From Planctomycetota bacterium (GTDB lineage Bacteria > Planctomycetota > B15-G4 > JADJEK01), in contig JBGAIQ010000001.1 in the NCBI GenBank assembly GCA_044225365.1, positions 352,001 through 416,000 on the forward strand: a DNA stretch of 64,000 nucleotides. The letters run 5' to 3'. Of the stretch, positions 29,285 through 37,910 are shown piece after piece (within the stretch, counting starts at the first letter, position 1; each line of letters begins with the position of its first letter). Below the pieces are notes generated by a model. That model saw nothing but the letters and a program-made list of their open reading frames with translations. It did no database searches and was not told the DNA's origin. The translations under genes and the position numbers were made by a program.

Positions 29285-31105
29285 ATGATCCTGCCTCGCA
29301 AGTCTCTCCTCCTCGCTCTCTCGATCCTTCCTGGCATCTACGGGTTCACGGCCGCGCTCGGCGCGGAGGACACCACGAAGACGCCCGTGAACGCTCCACA
29401 TCAGATCGTCGAGGTCAAGCTGAAGGGGACCTTCAGCGAGGATCCGAAGGCCGCGAATCCGTTCGGCCCGCAGGCGAAGAACTTCCGGGGGTTGCTGGAC
29501 GAGTTGCGCGCCATCGCGAAGGATCCGAGCGTGGTGGGTGTGAAGCTCATCGTCGAGGACGTGCCGGATTTCGCGCGCTCCCTCGATCTCCTGGATCAAC
29601 TCCGGGCAGTAAAGGCCGCGGGCAAGAAGATCGTGTCGTACGCCGAGGGACTCTCGCAGCGCAGTCTCATGTTCGCATCGGTCGCCGATGAGCTGTGGTT
29701 GCCGCCTTCGGGTCAGATCACGCTCGAAGGCCTCGCGATCCAGCCGATGTACCTCAAGAACCTGCTCGCGATGCTCGACGTGGAGATGAAGATCGTCCAC
29801 ATCGGGGAGTACAAGACCGCGTACGAGGACTATGCGCGCGATTCGATGAGTCCGCAGCAGCGCGAGGTGATCGAGCACCTCTTGAACGAGTACTGGTCGG
29901 AGATGCTCGATGCGATCGCGCACAATCGCGGCATCGGCCGTGAAGTCGTGGAGAAAGCCTTCGACTCGATCTTCGTGACGGCGGGCGAGGCGCAGAAGAT
30001 GGGCCTCGTGACGAACGTCGGCTACGAGGACGAATTCGACGCACGATGCACCGCGATGTTCTCCGGCGCGACGACCTCGAAGCACTACGGCGAATCCGAC
30101 TCGAAGGCGGAACTGGACAGGGCGCTCGAGAATCCGATCGCGGCGTTCGCGCTCCTGCCGAAGCTGCTCAATCCGCCGAAGGTCGAGCTGAAGGCGGAGC
30201 CCCGCATCGCGATCGTCTACGCCTCGGGCGCGATCCAGTCGGGCAAGAGCGCGGCCGGGCTCAACGGCGAAGTGACCTCGATGGGCAGCGAGACGATCGT
30301 GGAAGCGCTCGAAGCGGCGCTGAACGACGATTGGGTGAAGGCCGTCGTCCTGCGGATCAACAGTCCGGGCGGCAGCGCACTTGCTTCCGACATGATCTGG
30401 CGCGCGACCCAGCGCGTGAAGGCGAAGAAGCCGATCATCGCATCGATGGGTGGTGTGGCCGGCTCTGGCGGATACTGGATCGCGATGGGTTGCGACAAGA
30501 TCATCGCGCAGCCTTCGACGATCACGGGCTCGATCGGTGTCGTCGGCATGTTGCCCGACGTCTCGAAGGCGCTGAAGCGATTCGGCGTCAACGTCGAGAG
30601 CGTCGGCAAGGGGCCGCACGTCGAGGATCTCGCGCTGATGAAGAACGGGCCGACCGAAGCGCTCCAGCAGCGGTTGCGCGAATCGATGGAAGGTGTCTAC
30701 GGCGAGTTCATCAAGAAGGTGAGCTCGGGTCGTGGGCTGCCGCAGAAGAACGTCGAGGCGTTCGCGAAGGGCCGCGTGTGGACGGGCCGCGAGGCGCTCG
30801 ACATCGGTCTCGTCGATCAACTCGGCGGACTCGATGACGCGATCGCGATGGCCTGCAAGGCTGCGAACGGGCTCGATCCGAAGACGACGCCGATCGTGGA
30901 GTTGCCCGCTGCGAAGAACTTCGGCGACACGATCCAGGACCTGATGGACCAGTACGCAACGGTACGGTCGCCCGTCGCGCTCATGCTCGAGCAGCTCGGA
31001 CTGTCGACGGTCGCGCAGCAGATCGATGTCCTCGCTCACAACCTGCAGCCCGGTGGCGCCGACGCGATCCAGGCGGTGATGCCGCTCTTCGTGACGGCGC
31101 GCTGA
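29285..31105 (+). CDS. sppA: Signal peptide peptidase SppA (protease IV, tandem-domain form)
   Basis: GEYKTAYE (Lys), LRINSPGGSALAS, AGSGGYWIA (Ser), TITGSIGV and GRVWTG. Confidence 0.92.
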   Translation: MILPRKSLLLALSILPGIYGFTAALGAEDTTKTPVNAPHQIVEVKLKGTFSEDPKAANPFGPQAKNFRGLLDELRAIAKDPSVVGVKLIVEDVPDFARSLDLLDQLRAVKAAGKKIVSYAEGLSQRSLMFASVADELWLPPSGQITLEGLAIQPMYLKNLLAMLDVEMKIVHIGEYKTAYEDYARDSMSPQQREVIEHLLNEYWSEMLDAIAHNRGIGREVVEKAFDSIFVTAGEAQKMGLVTNVGYEDEFDARCTAMFSGATTSKHYGESDSKAELDRALENPIAAFALLPKLLNPPKVELKAEPRIAIVYASGAIQSGKSAAGLNGEVTSMGSETIVEALEAALNDDWVKAVVLRINSPGGSALASDMIWRATQRVKAKKPIIASMGGVAGSGGYWIAMGCDKIIAQPSTITGSIGVVGMLPDVSKALKRFGVNVESVGKGPHVEDLALMKNGPTEALQQRLRESMEGVYGEFIKKVSSGRGLPQKNVEAFAKGRVWTGREALDIGLVDQLGGLDDAIAMACKAANGLDPKTTPIVELPAAKNFGDTIQDLMDQYATVRSPVALMLEQLGLSTVAQQIDVLAHNLQPGGADAIQAVMPLFVTAR

Positions 31106-31134
31106 TCCGCGCGAGGCATCGAGATTCACGACGC

Positions 31135-31178
31135 AGAATTGGAATAGGGACCGTCCTGTCGGTCCCTATTTCCATTCT
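31135..31178. terminator. Inverted repeat between convergent sppA and fur-like genes (bidirectional terminator or REP-like element)
   Basis: AGAATTGGAATAGGGACCG-tcctgt-CGGTCCCTATTTCCATTCT. Confidence 0.6.
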
Positions 31179-31212
31179 CGGAATTCGTGTCGGGCGTGGC
31201 CCCGCACCGAGT

Positions 31213-31668
31213 TCAGAGGTCGCACGTCGGGGCGACGACGTCGCGGCAATCGGGGCAAGCGCCGATGCAGGTGACGAAGACGTGGCCCACGACGAATTCG
31301 GGAGGCGTCACGGGATCGAGACCATCGAGCGTCGAGTCGACGAAGTCGCTGATCCGCGCGCAATGCTGACAGATGAAGTGGTGGTGCGGATCGAGCCGCG
31401 CGTCGTAGCGAACGCCGACGCCGAAATGTCCGACCCGGCGCGCGAGGCCGATCTCGGCGAGCGTCTCGAGGCTGCGGAACACGGTTGCGCGTGACAATCC
31501 CGGAGCGAGTGCGATCACTCGCTCGAAGACCTGGTCGGCAGTCGGATGATCGCTCGCACCCCACAGCGTCTGCAATACCGCTTGGCGTTGCAAAGTGAAC
31601 GAACGATTCGCGCGCTTGCACACCTCTTGGGCGTGACTCCGCGCTTCGGTCCAAGTGTGATTACTCAT
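31213..31668 (-). CDS. Fur-family transcriptional regulator, PerR-like
   Basis: DHPTADQV, SRATVFRSL, RYDA, HHHFICQHC, ISDF and CPDC; His/Asp ligand set of PerR type plus two CxxC motifs. Confidence 0.9.
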   Translation of the reverse strand: MSNHTWTEARSHAQEVCKRANRSFTLQRQAVLQTLWGASDHPTADQVFERVIALAPGLSRATVFRSLETLAEIGLARRVGHFGVGVRYDARLDPHHHFICQHCARISDFVDSTLDGLDPVTPPEFVVGHVFVTCIGACPDCRDVVAPTCDL

Positions 31669-31919
31669 GCGCAGATTCGCAGACTCTGGGGCGAGAGCCG
31701 GGATCTTCCGGACGCGACCCGATTCATCCATAGGTCGTTATGTCGTTCGAATTGCGACCACCCGTTCGGGTGATGGCGCGAACGGGATTCCATCTTAACT
31801 CGAATCCGCGGAGAATCGCGCACCCATCGTCGAGTGCTTCGCGGAGTGCTTTACGAACCCGGTCATGCATGTCGCAGGGGCAGAACGCAGCGCAATCGCA
31901 TCGCAGGTGAGAGCAAATC

Positions 31920-31947
31920 TTGAATGCGATTAGATCGCATATATGAT
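31920..31947 (+). promoter_or_regulatory. Sigma70-like promoter overlapped by a Fur-type palindrome
   Basis: TTGAAT-N16-TATGAT; ATGCGAT-TAG-ATCGCAT dyad at 31924-31940; locally AT-rich. Confidence 0.6.
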
Positions 31948-31952
31948 CTTGC

Positions 31953-32090
31953 GCCCAAGGGGAAGCTGCCGACGCGCGAGCGATCGGCGCCCCTGACGAA
32001 TCGAACGAGGGAGTCATCCCCCTCGCGGTGCGCTCTCGTTGGGTTCGGAGGCGACTCCGGTTCGGCGAGGGCGCGCCTTTTCGTTCGATC
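31953..32090 (+). ncRNA. Candidate structured small RNA
   Basis: Two GCGA-tetraloop stems (31958-31994 and 32030-32074, the latter with several G-U pairs on the + strand only), a CGAGGG/CCCTCG stem, an ATCGAACGA/TCGTTCGAT long-range pair and a T-run after the last stem. Confidence 0.45.
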
Positions 32091-32113
32091 GAGGACTCGA
32101 GGATCGCGCGCGA

Positions 32114-34141
32114 CTACCCGAGTTCGAGTTGGCGCTTCGCGTCGACGGCGTCGCGATTGATGCGCTCCATCGCGCGTTCGATCTTGGCGGCGAATTCGGG
32201 TTTGCCCCGGATCGCTTTCTTCAACTGGCGCATCAACTGGATCGTGAGGCGGAAGACCCGCACGAGGTCGCCCTGCGACGCCGAGCAGAGGTCGGTCATG
32301 TCCTGGAGCGAGGCACCTTCGGCGAAGGCCAGCATCACGCCGCCGATGTGGAAGTTGGGGGGACGGATCGTCTGCTGCACTCCGTGGCGTTGCTCGGCTT
32401 CGACGAGTCGTCCCACGATGCGCTCGACGTCGTGCTGTTGTTCCTCGAGCACGTGGCGCGGCATACGCCGGTAGACGTCGCCGCGACGCTCCTCGAAGAC
32501 CAGCGCGCCGACCACGATCAGGAGCTCGGTCTCGCTGAGCCACTCGAACAGCCCTGAGCAGTAGAGTTCGGCCATCGGCAGTTCGAAGCCGTTGATGAGC
32601 GCCGCGAGCTGCCCCTTCTCGGTGATCTCGTTCTCGCCGCGCACGTACTCGAATTCGCGGAGCACCGCGAGTCGATCCGTGATCGCCTGCACCTGCCGCT
32701 GCTGGTTCTTCTCACGCCGCTTGCGCGGCATGTCGATCCACTGGTAATTGTTGAACGAGCGCTCCCACGCGTCGAAGATCTTGGGTCCGAGCACGCGGTG
32801 CAGATTGATCAATGTGGAATAAGAGAGATTGAACCGGCTGCGAATCGGCTCGATCTGCCCGTAGATCACGGTCTTGATCGGGTCGAGCGAGCGAAGCCGC
32901 GGATCGTCGATGATGCTGTAGACCAGTCCTTCCGCATCGAGTCCCTGGCGACCTGCGCGACCCGCCATCTGCTGGTACTCGCGCGCCTTCACGAAGTCGA
33001 ATCCGACGCCGTCGAACTTGCGCAGACTGGAGAACACGACGGCGCGGGCCGGCATGTTGATCCCGAGCGCGAACGTCTCGGTCGTGAAGAGCAACTTGAG
33101 GAGCCCGGAGGTGAAGAGCCGCTCGACCAGTTCCTTGTGGAGTGGCAGGAGTCCGGCGTGGTGATAACCGACGCCGAGCTCCGCGAGATATCGCATGTGA
33201 CGGAGTTCCTGGTCCATCTCCATCTGGAAGAGCTTCAGGATCTCGTCGAACATCGCGCCGATGCGGAGCGTTTCGTCCGCGCTCAACATCGAATTCTGCT
33301 GGTTCTTCGCTCGCCGCTCGCACTCCTTGCGGCTGAAGCAGAAGAACAAGATGGGGGCGGTGTGGGTCTGTTCGAGGAACTCCAGGATGTTGAACTTCGG
33401 TCCGCGTCCGCGCTTCTTCGACATCCGCGGCAATCGCGACACGCGATCCGCGCGCGTCGCTCCGGTGCCGGGGAAGAACAGATAGTGGCGGAGAGGGACG
33501 GGCCGCTCGGTGTGCTTGATGACTTCGAGTTCTTGGCCCCGGACCCGCCCGATCCAGTCGCCGAATTGCTTCAGGTTCGAGACGGTCGCCGAGAGGCAGA
33601 TGAACTTGATGTGGGGCGGAGCGAAGATGATCGACTCCTCCCAGACCGTTCCGCGCTCGAGGTCGTCCATGTAGTGAATCTCGTCGAACACGACGTAATC
33701 GACGTCATGGAATTCCTGCGGTGCCTCGAAGACCGTGTTGCGGAAGATCTCCGTCGTCATGATCAGGAGCGGCGCGAACGGATTGATCGTCACGTCGCCG
33801 GTCATGATCCCCACTTCGAGACCGGGTTGGGATTTGAAGTCGCGATACTTCTGGTTCGACAGCGCCTTGATGGGCGCGGTGTAGATCGCACGCTTCCCGC
33901 GCTTCAGCGTGCTCTCGATCGCATACTCGGCAACGAGCGTCTTGCCGGCTCCCGTCGGCGCGGAGAGCAACACGGACTTGCCCGCCTCGATCGCGCGGAC
34001 AGCTTCTTCCTGGAACGGGTTGAGAGTGAATCCCCGAAAGGTGTGCGCGCCGGACGTCGCGTTCGCGACGGGTCGGCCTGTGGATTCGATGCCTGCTTCA
34101 CGCTCGTCGCGTGGCCGCCGCTGCGAGCGCTTTCTGTCCAA
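32114..34141 (-). CDS. Ski2-like DExH-box RNA helicase (HelY family)
   Basis: APTGAGKT, PIKALSNQKY, DEIHY, LSAT, HHAGLLP, TETFALGINMP, QMAGRAGRQG and a DSHCT-like C-terminus; TTG start at 34141 with AAGGA RBS. Confidence 0.92.
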   Translation of the reverse strand: MDRKRSQRRPRDEREAGIESTGRPVANATSGAHTFRGFTLNPFQEEAVRAIEAGKSVLLSAPTGAGKTLVAEYAIESTLKRGKRAIYTAPIKALSNQKYRDFKSQPGLEVGIMTGDVTINPFAPLLIMTTEIFRNTVFEAPQEFHDVDYVVFDEIHYMDDLERGTVWEESIIFAPPHIKFICLSATVSNLKQFGDWIGRVRGQELEVIKHTERPVPLRHYLFFPGTGATRADRVSRLPRMSKKRGRGPKFNILEFLEQTHTAPILFFCFSRKECERRAKNQQNSMLSADETLRIGAMFDEILKLFQMEMDQELRHMRYLAELGVGYHHAGLLPLHKELVERLFTSGLLKLLFTTETFALGINMPARAVVFSSLRKFDGVGFDFVKAREYQQMAGRAGRQGLDAEGLVYSIIDDPRLRSLDPIKTVIYGQIEPIRSRFNLSYSTLINLHRVLGPKIFDAWERSFNNYQWIDMPRKRREKNQQRQVQAITDRLAVLREFEYVRGENEITEKGQLAALINGFELPMAELYCSGLFEWLSETELLIVVGALVFEERRGDVYRRMPRHVLEEQQHDVERIVGRLVEAEQRHGVQQTIRPPNFHIGGVMLAFAEGASLQDMTDLCSASQGDLVRVFRLTIQLMRQLKKAIRGKPEFAAKIERAMERINRDAVDAKRQLELG

Positions 34142-34183
34142 GCGGCTGTTTTCCTTTCGCAGGGGGGCGGGGGAGGTCGCGCC

Positions 34184-34211
34184 ATTATCGAATGCGATCG
34201 CATTCAATCAA
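34184..34211 (-). promoter_or_regulatory. Putative helicase promoter whose spacer is a perfect 16-bp palindrome
   Basis: TTGATT-[GAATGCGATCGCATTC]-GATAAT on the minus strand. Confidence 0.5.
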
Positions 34212-34437
34212 GCGCACAACCCGTGACCCCGAATGTAATCCGCGGGGGTCGCTTCCGGCGCTGGATCGCTGGGAGCGTCCAATCGCTTGCGACATCGCGT
34301 CGCGGCGTGCGGAACTCTCTCGCATTCTCTTGTTGCGGCGTCCCCGTGTGATAAAGTTCGGACTCGCTCGCGCCGTGAACTGGCCGCGCGAGCACGCCGA
34401 TGCTTGCCCGAACCCACTCGAAGAGGTTTTGCTACTC

Positions 34438-34701
34438 ATGGAAAAGGCGACGATCAACAACATGGAACGAGTCCTCCGCCGCTTGAGCTCGGTGAAGGTC
34501 GTCGTGGACCTCTTGAATCACGAGCTCGATCTCGCGAAGGCCGACCGTTCGGTGAATCTCGAGCGCGAGCGTCTCGAAGCGACGGTGACCACCCTCGAGA
34601 TGTTCATCGACGACATCGAAGGCGTCACGCGCGCTGCGCCCGCAGCGGCAGAACCGTCGAAGATCATCGATTCGCCGCGTTCGCCGGCGAGCCGCATCTG
34701 A
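34438..34701 (+). CDS. Small hypothetical helical protein (87 aa)
   Basis: GAGG RBS, ATG, host-like codon usage, amphipathic helices. Confidence 0.7.
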   Translation: MEKATINNMERVLRRLSSVKVVVDLLNHELDLAKADRSVNLERERLEATVTTLEMFIDDIEGVTRAAPAAAEPSKIIDSPRSPASRI

Positions 34702-34826
34702 TTCGGTCGCGGTCTCGGCCACCGTCTTCCCGATCCTCCAACTCCTCCCAGGCCCCATCCATTCCCAAAGGGATCCGGCTGTTCGGAGCCGGCTGATTGC
34801 CGTTGGCTCGAACCAAACGGTTGCGC

Positions 34827-35762
34827 ATGGCGACGACGCGAATTCCGCGTGAGCGCGTGATCGCGGTGGCGACACCCTTGCTGCGGGTGGTCGCGGGAGG
34901 GCTCGTCGTCGCTTGTCTCTCGGCCTGTGCCTGGGTGCTCGGGCTCATGGCGATGAGCGACGATCGATTCATGATCGATCCGCGCGTCTTGATCGAGGAG
35001 AGCCTTCCGTCCTGGATGCCCACCGCGCTGGCGATGGACATGCAGAGCAGCATCCGATCGATCGAGGCGCACTCGATCTTCGAGCCGCGACTCGGGGATC
35101 ACTTGCGCAATGAACTCGTGAAGGCTTCGCCCTGGATCCGCGGCGTCTCGGAGTTCGAGCGGGTGTTCCCGAATCGGGCCCGCATCGCGCTCGAACTCGA
35201 GCGCCCCGCGATCAGCGCGGACCATCAGGGCAAGCGCTACCTGATCTCCGAGGCGGGTAAGGTGCTCGCGGCCGTCGACGCATCTCTCGAGTTCCCGTTC
35301 CCGTTCCTGGTTCTCGACGTGATGGGTGCGCGCTTCGGTCCCGTACCGGTCGTCGGCAAGATCACGACGAACGAGGATCTCCTGCTCGCGGCCAAATCGG
35401 TCGCCGAGTTGGCGAGCATGCCCGAAGCCGATCGGGCGACCTTCGCATCGCTCCAGCCCGTGGCGATCGATCTCGATTCGGGCCACCACAATCCGCAGGT
35501 CGGCAAGGACGAGGTCTTCATTCGCCTCGCAGACAACAACGTCCTCATTCGGTGGGGCCGCCCGCGCGATACCGGTTTTGGCAAGCTCGAGATCCCGGTC
35601 GAGCGCAAGATGCAGCATCTGCGTCAGCTCATTCAGTCCTATCCCAAACTCGTGGGGCTGCAGGAAGTGCGCCTCGACCTCGCGGATGGCGTCCAATTCC
35701 TGCCGCTCGGATTCGAACGCAGTTGGCAGTTCCTCGATCCCGAACCGGCGAAGCGGCCGTAG
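34827..35762 (+). CDS. FtsQ/DivIB-like bitopic membrane protein
   Basis: Short N-tail, one TM, POTRA-like PWIRGVSEFERVFPNRARIALELERP, YLISEAGKVL and a C-terminal VRLDL. Confidence 0.6.
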   Translation: MATTRIPRERVIAVATPLLRVVAGGLVVACLSACAWVLGLMAMSDDRFMIDPRVLIEESLPSWMPTALAMDMQSSIRSIEAHSIFEPRLGDHLRNELVKASPWIRGVSEFERVFPNRARIALELERPAISADHQGKRYLISEAGKVLAAVDASLEFPFPFLVLDVMGARFGPVPVVGKITTNEDLLLAAKSVAELASMPEADRATFASLQPVAIDLDSGHHNPQVGKDEVFIRLADNNVLIRWGRPRDTGFGKLEIPVERKMQHLRQLIQSYPKLVGLQEVRLDLADGVQFLPLGFERSWQFLDPEPAKRP

Positions 35763-35794
35763 TCACGAACCACGAGAACGTGTCCGTTCCGGGC

Positions 35795-35822
35795 TTGACT
35801 TCCCTTCGCCGATTCGTACGCT
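35795..35822 (+). promoter_or_regulatory. Putative sigma70 promoter of rplM-rpsI
   Basis: TTGACT-N16-TACGCT upstream of the AGGAG RBS. Confidence 0.45.
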
Positions 35823-35870
35823 AGCGCCTTTTTCCGCGCACCTTTGCAAGTTGTCAGGAGCAGGATGCCG

Positions 35871-36308
35871 ATGGGCTGTTTCATGGCCAAGCCGGGTGAA
35901 GTCGCGCCGCGATGGCTCGTCGTCGATGCGACCGACCAGGTCCTCGGTCGTCTCGCGACGAAGATCGCGATGGCGCTGATGGGCAAGCATCGCCCGCAGT
36001 ACACCCCGCACGTCGAGTGTGGTGATTTCGTGATCGTGGTCAACGCCGACAAGATCCGCGTGTCGCCTCCGACCCGTTCGCGCAAGCGAATGATCACGTG
36101 GCACACGCATTACTTCGGCGGGCTGAAGCGGGTTCCCGTCGAGGTGGAGCACAAGAAGGATCCCGACCGCGTCGTGACCCTCGCCGTGCGTCGCATGTTG
36201 CCGAAGACGAAGCTCGGCCGCACGATGATCTCGAAGTTGAAGGTCTATGCGGGTCCTGCGCATCCGCACACCGCGCAGCAGCCGCAGCCGTTTCCAGAGC
36301 GCATCTGA
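35871..36308 (+). CDS. rplM: 50S ribosomal protein L13
   Basis: WLVVDA, LGRLATKIA..LMGKH.PQYTPHVECGD, RMLPK and HPHTAQQP. Confidence 0.97.
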   Translation: MGCFMAKPGEVAPRWLVVDATDQVLGRLATKIAMALMGKHRPQYTPHVECGDFVIVVNADKIRVSPPTRSRKRMITWHTHYFGGLKRVPVEVEHKKDPDRVVTLAVRRMLPKTKLGRTMISKLKVYAGPAHPHTAQQPQPFPERI

Positions 36309-36386
36309 GGAACGATCGGGCCGCAAACCCCGCTGACAAGTATTCCACAGCCCTACCAGAGCGAGTGAGTCCTCGGAGAACCGTAA

Positions 36387-36848
36387 GTGACCGATCACGA
36401 TAACGCCGCCATGACGACGGAACAGCCTGCGGTCGAGACGCCGCGCTTCACGCGCGCGATCGACGGCTTCATCTGGGGCACGGGCCGCCGCAAGACGTCC
36501 GTGGCGCGAGTCCGACTGAAGTACGGCGAAGGCAAGATCACCGTCAACAACAAGGACTACAAGGAGCACTTCCCGACGATCCTGGCGCAGCTCCAGGTGC
36601 TCGGGCCCTTGAACCTGACGGGCGTGCCGGGCAAGTTCGACGTCCACATCACGGTCGACGGTGGTGGGCTCACGGGTCAAGCCGGCGCCTGCACGCTGGG
36701 CCTCGGACGCGCGCTGAAGGAACTCGAGCCGAGCCTCGAGCACCAGCTTCGCGAGGCCGGTTATCTGACGCGCGACAGCCGCATGAAGGAACGCAAGAAG
36801 TACGGTCTGCGCGGTGCGCGCCGTGCTTTCCAGTTCAGCAAGCGCTGA
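36387..36848 (+). CDS. rpsI: 30S ribosomal protein S9
   Basis: [22 protein letters not shown] and [27 protein letters not shown]. Confidence 0.97.
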   Translation: MTDHDNAAMTTEQPAVETPRFTRAIDGFIWGTGRRKTSVARVRLKYGEGKITVNNKDYKEHFPTILAQLQVLGPLNLTGVPGKFDVHITVDGGGLTGQAGACTLGLGRALKELEPSLEHQLREAGYLTRDSRMKERKKYGLRGARRAFQFSKR

Positions 36849-36984
36849 TCGGCGAGATCCGATTTCCATCCGCCGCGGCTCGGGCCCTTGGTCCGTGCTG
36901 CGGCGTGTTATTCTCAGGGGCCTCGTTCGCCGTGGTGCGTGATCGCGCGCCCGTCGAGAGCGAGGGAGTCGTGAGGTCATCGAG

Positions 36985-37743
36985 ATGGCTGGGCATTCAC
37001 AGTTCGCCAACATCAAGCATCGCAAGGGTGCCGTCGACAAGAAGCGGGCACGCATCTTCTCGGTGCACGCGAAGGCGATCATCACCGCAGCGCGGCTCGG
37101 CGGCGGCGATCCCAAGATGAATGCGCGTCTCGCGCTCGCGATCGAGAAGGCTCGCGCGGACAACCTCCCGAAGGACAACATCGAGCGTGCCATCAAGAAG
37201 GGGACGGGCACCCTCGAAGGAGCGAATCAGATCGAGGACATCCGCTACGAGGCCTATGGCCCGAGCGGCGTTGCCCTCCTCGTCGACTGCATGACCGACA
37301 ACCGCAATCGGACTGCGCCCGAGATCCGCGGGATCTTCGAGATGAGCGGTGGCCGGCTCGCGGACACGGGATCCGTCAACTGGCTGTTCGACAGCCGCGC
37401 ACTGGTCGCGGTGAAGGCGAACGGCGTGGACGAGGACAAGCTCACGGAGGTCATCATGGACCTCGGTGCGGACGATCTGAAGAAGGATGGCGAGGAGTAT
37501 CGGATCCTCGGCGAACCGTCGTCGCTCGCCAAGCTGACGCAAGGCGTGAAGGCCGCGGGCTTCGAGGTCGTCAAGTCCGAGATGACGATGATCGCGAAGA
37601 ACCCGATCACCATCGATTTCGACACGGCCGTGAAGGTGCTCGACCTCATCGACTCGCTCGAGGAACACGAGGACGTGAACAACTGGTTCGCGAACTTCGA
37701 GATCCCGCCCGAGGTCCTCGAGCAGCTCGAGAAGGCGCCTTGA
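36985..37743 (+). CDS. yebC: YebC/PmpR family protein
   Basis: MAGHSQFANIKHRK, PKDNIERAIKK, YEAYGPSGVA and TDNRNRT. Confidence 0.95.
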   Translation: MAGHSQFANIKHRKGAVDKKRARIFSVHAKAIITAARLGGGDPKMNARLALAIEKARADNLPKDNIERAIKKGTGTLEGANQIEDIRYEAYGPSGVALLVDCMTDNRNRTAPEIRGIFEMSGGRLADTGSVNWLFDSRALVAVKANGVDEDKLTEVIMDLGADDLKKDGEEYRILGEPSSLAKLTQGVKAAGFEVVKSEMTMIAKNPITIDFDTAVKVLDLIDSLEEHEDVNNWFANFEIPPEVLEQLEKAP

Positions 37744-37762
37744 AGCGGCGCTCCGCTTTTTT
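37743..37762 (+). terminator. Putative intrinsic terminator
   Basis: AAGCGG-cgct-CCGCTT followed by a T-run. Confidence 0.5.
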
Positions 37763-37910
37763 GGGATTTTCGCTCAAGATCGGTCGGACTCGTCGTCGAT
37801 AAGAGTCAGGGCGGGCGGGTTCCATTCCGCGCGTCCTTGCATCCCGATCCCGGAATCGGCCCGAGCCAAGAAGCGAGCTGATTCCACGCCATCGCCACTG
37901 GAGGTTCTCG

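Noticed and set aside
31724-32017. Small minus-strand ORF upstream of the fur-like gene
   Set aside because: No motif or clear RBS; it overlaps the palindrome/promoter region.
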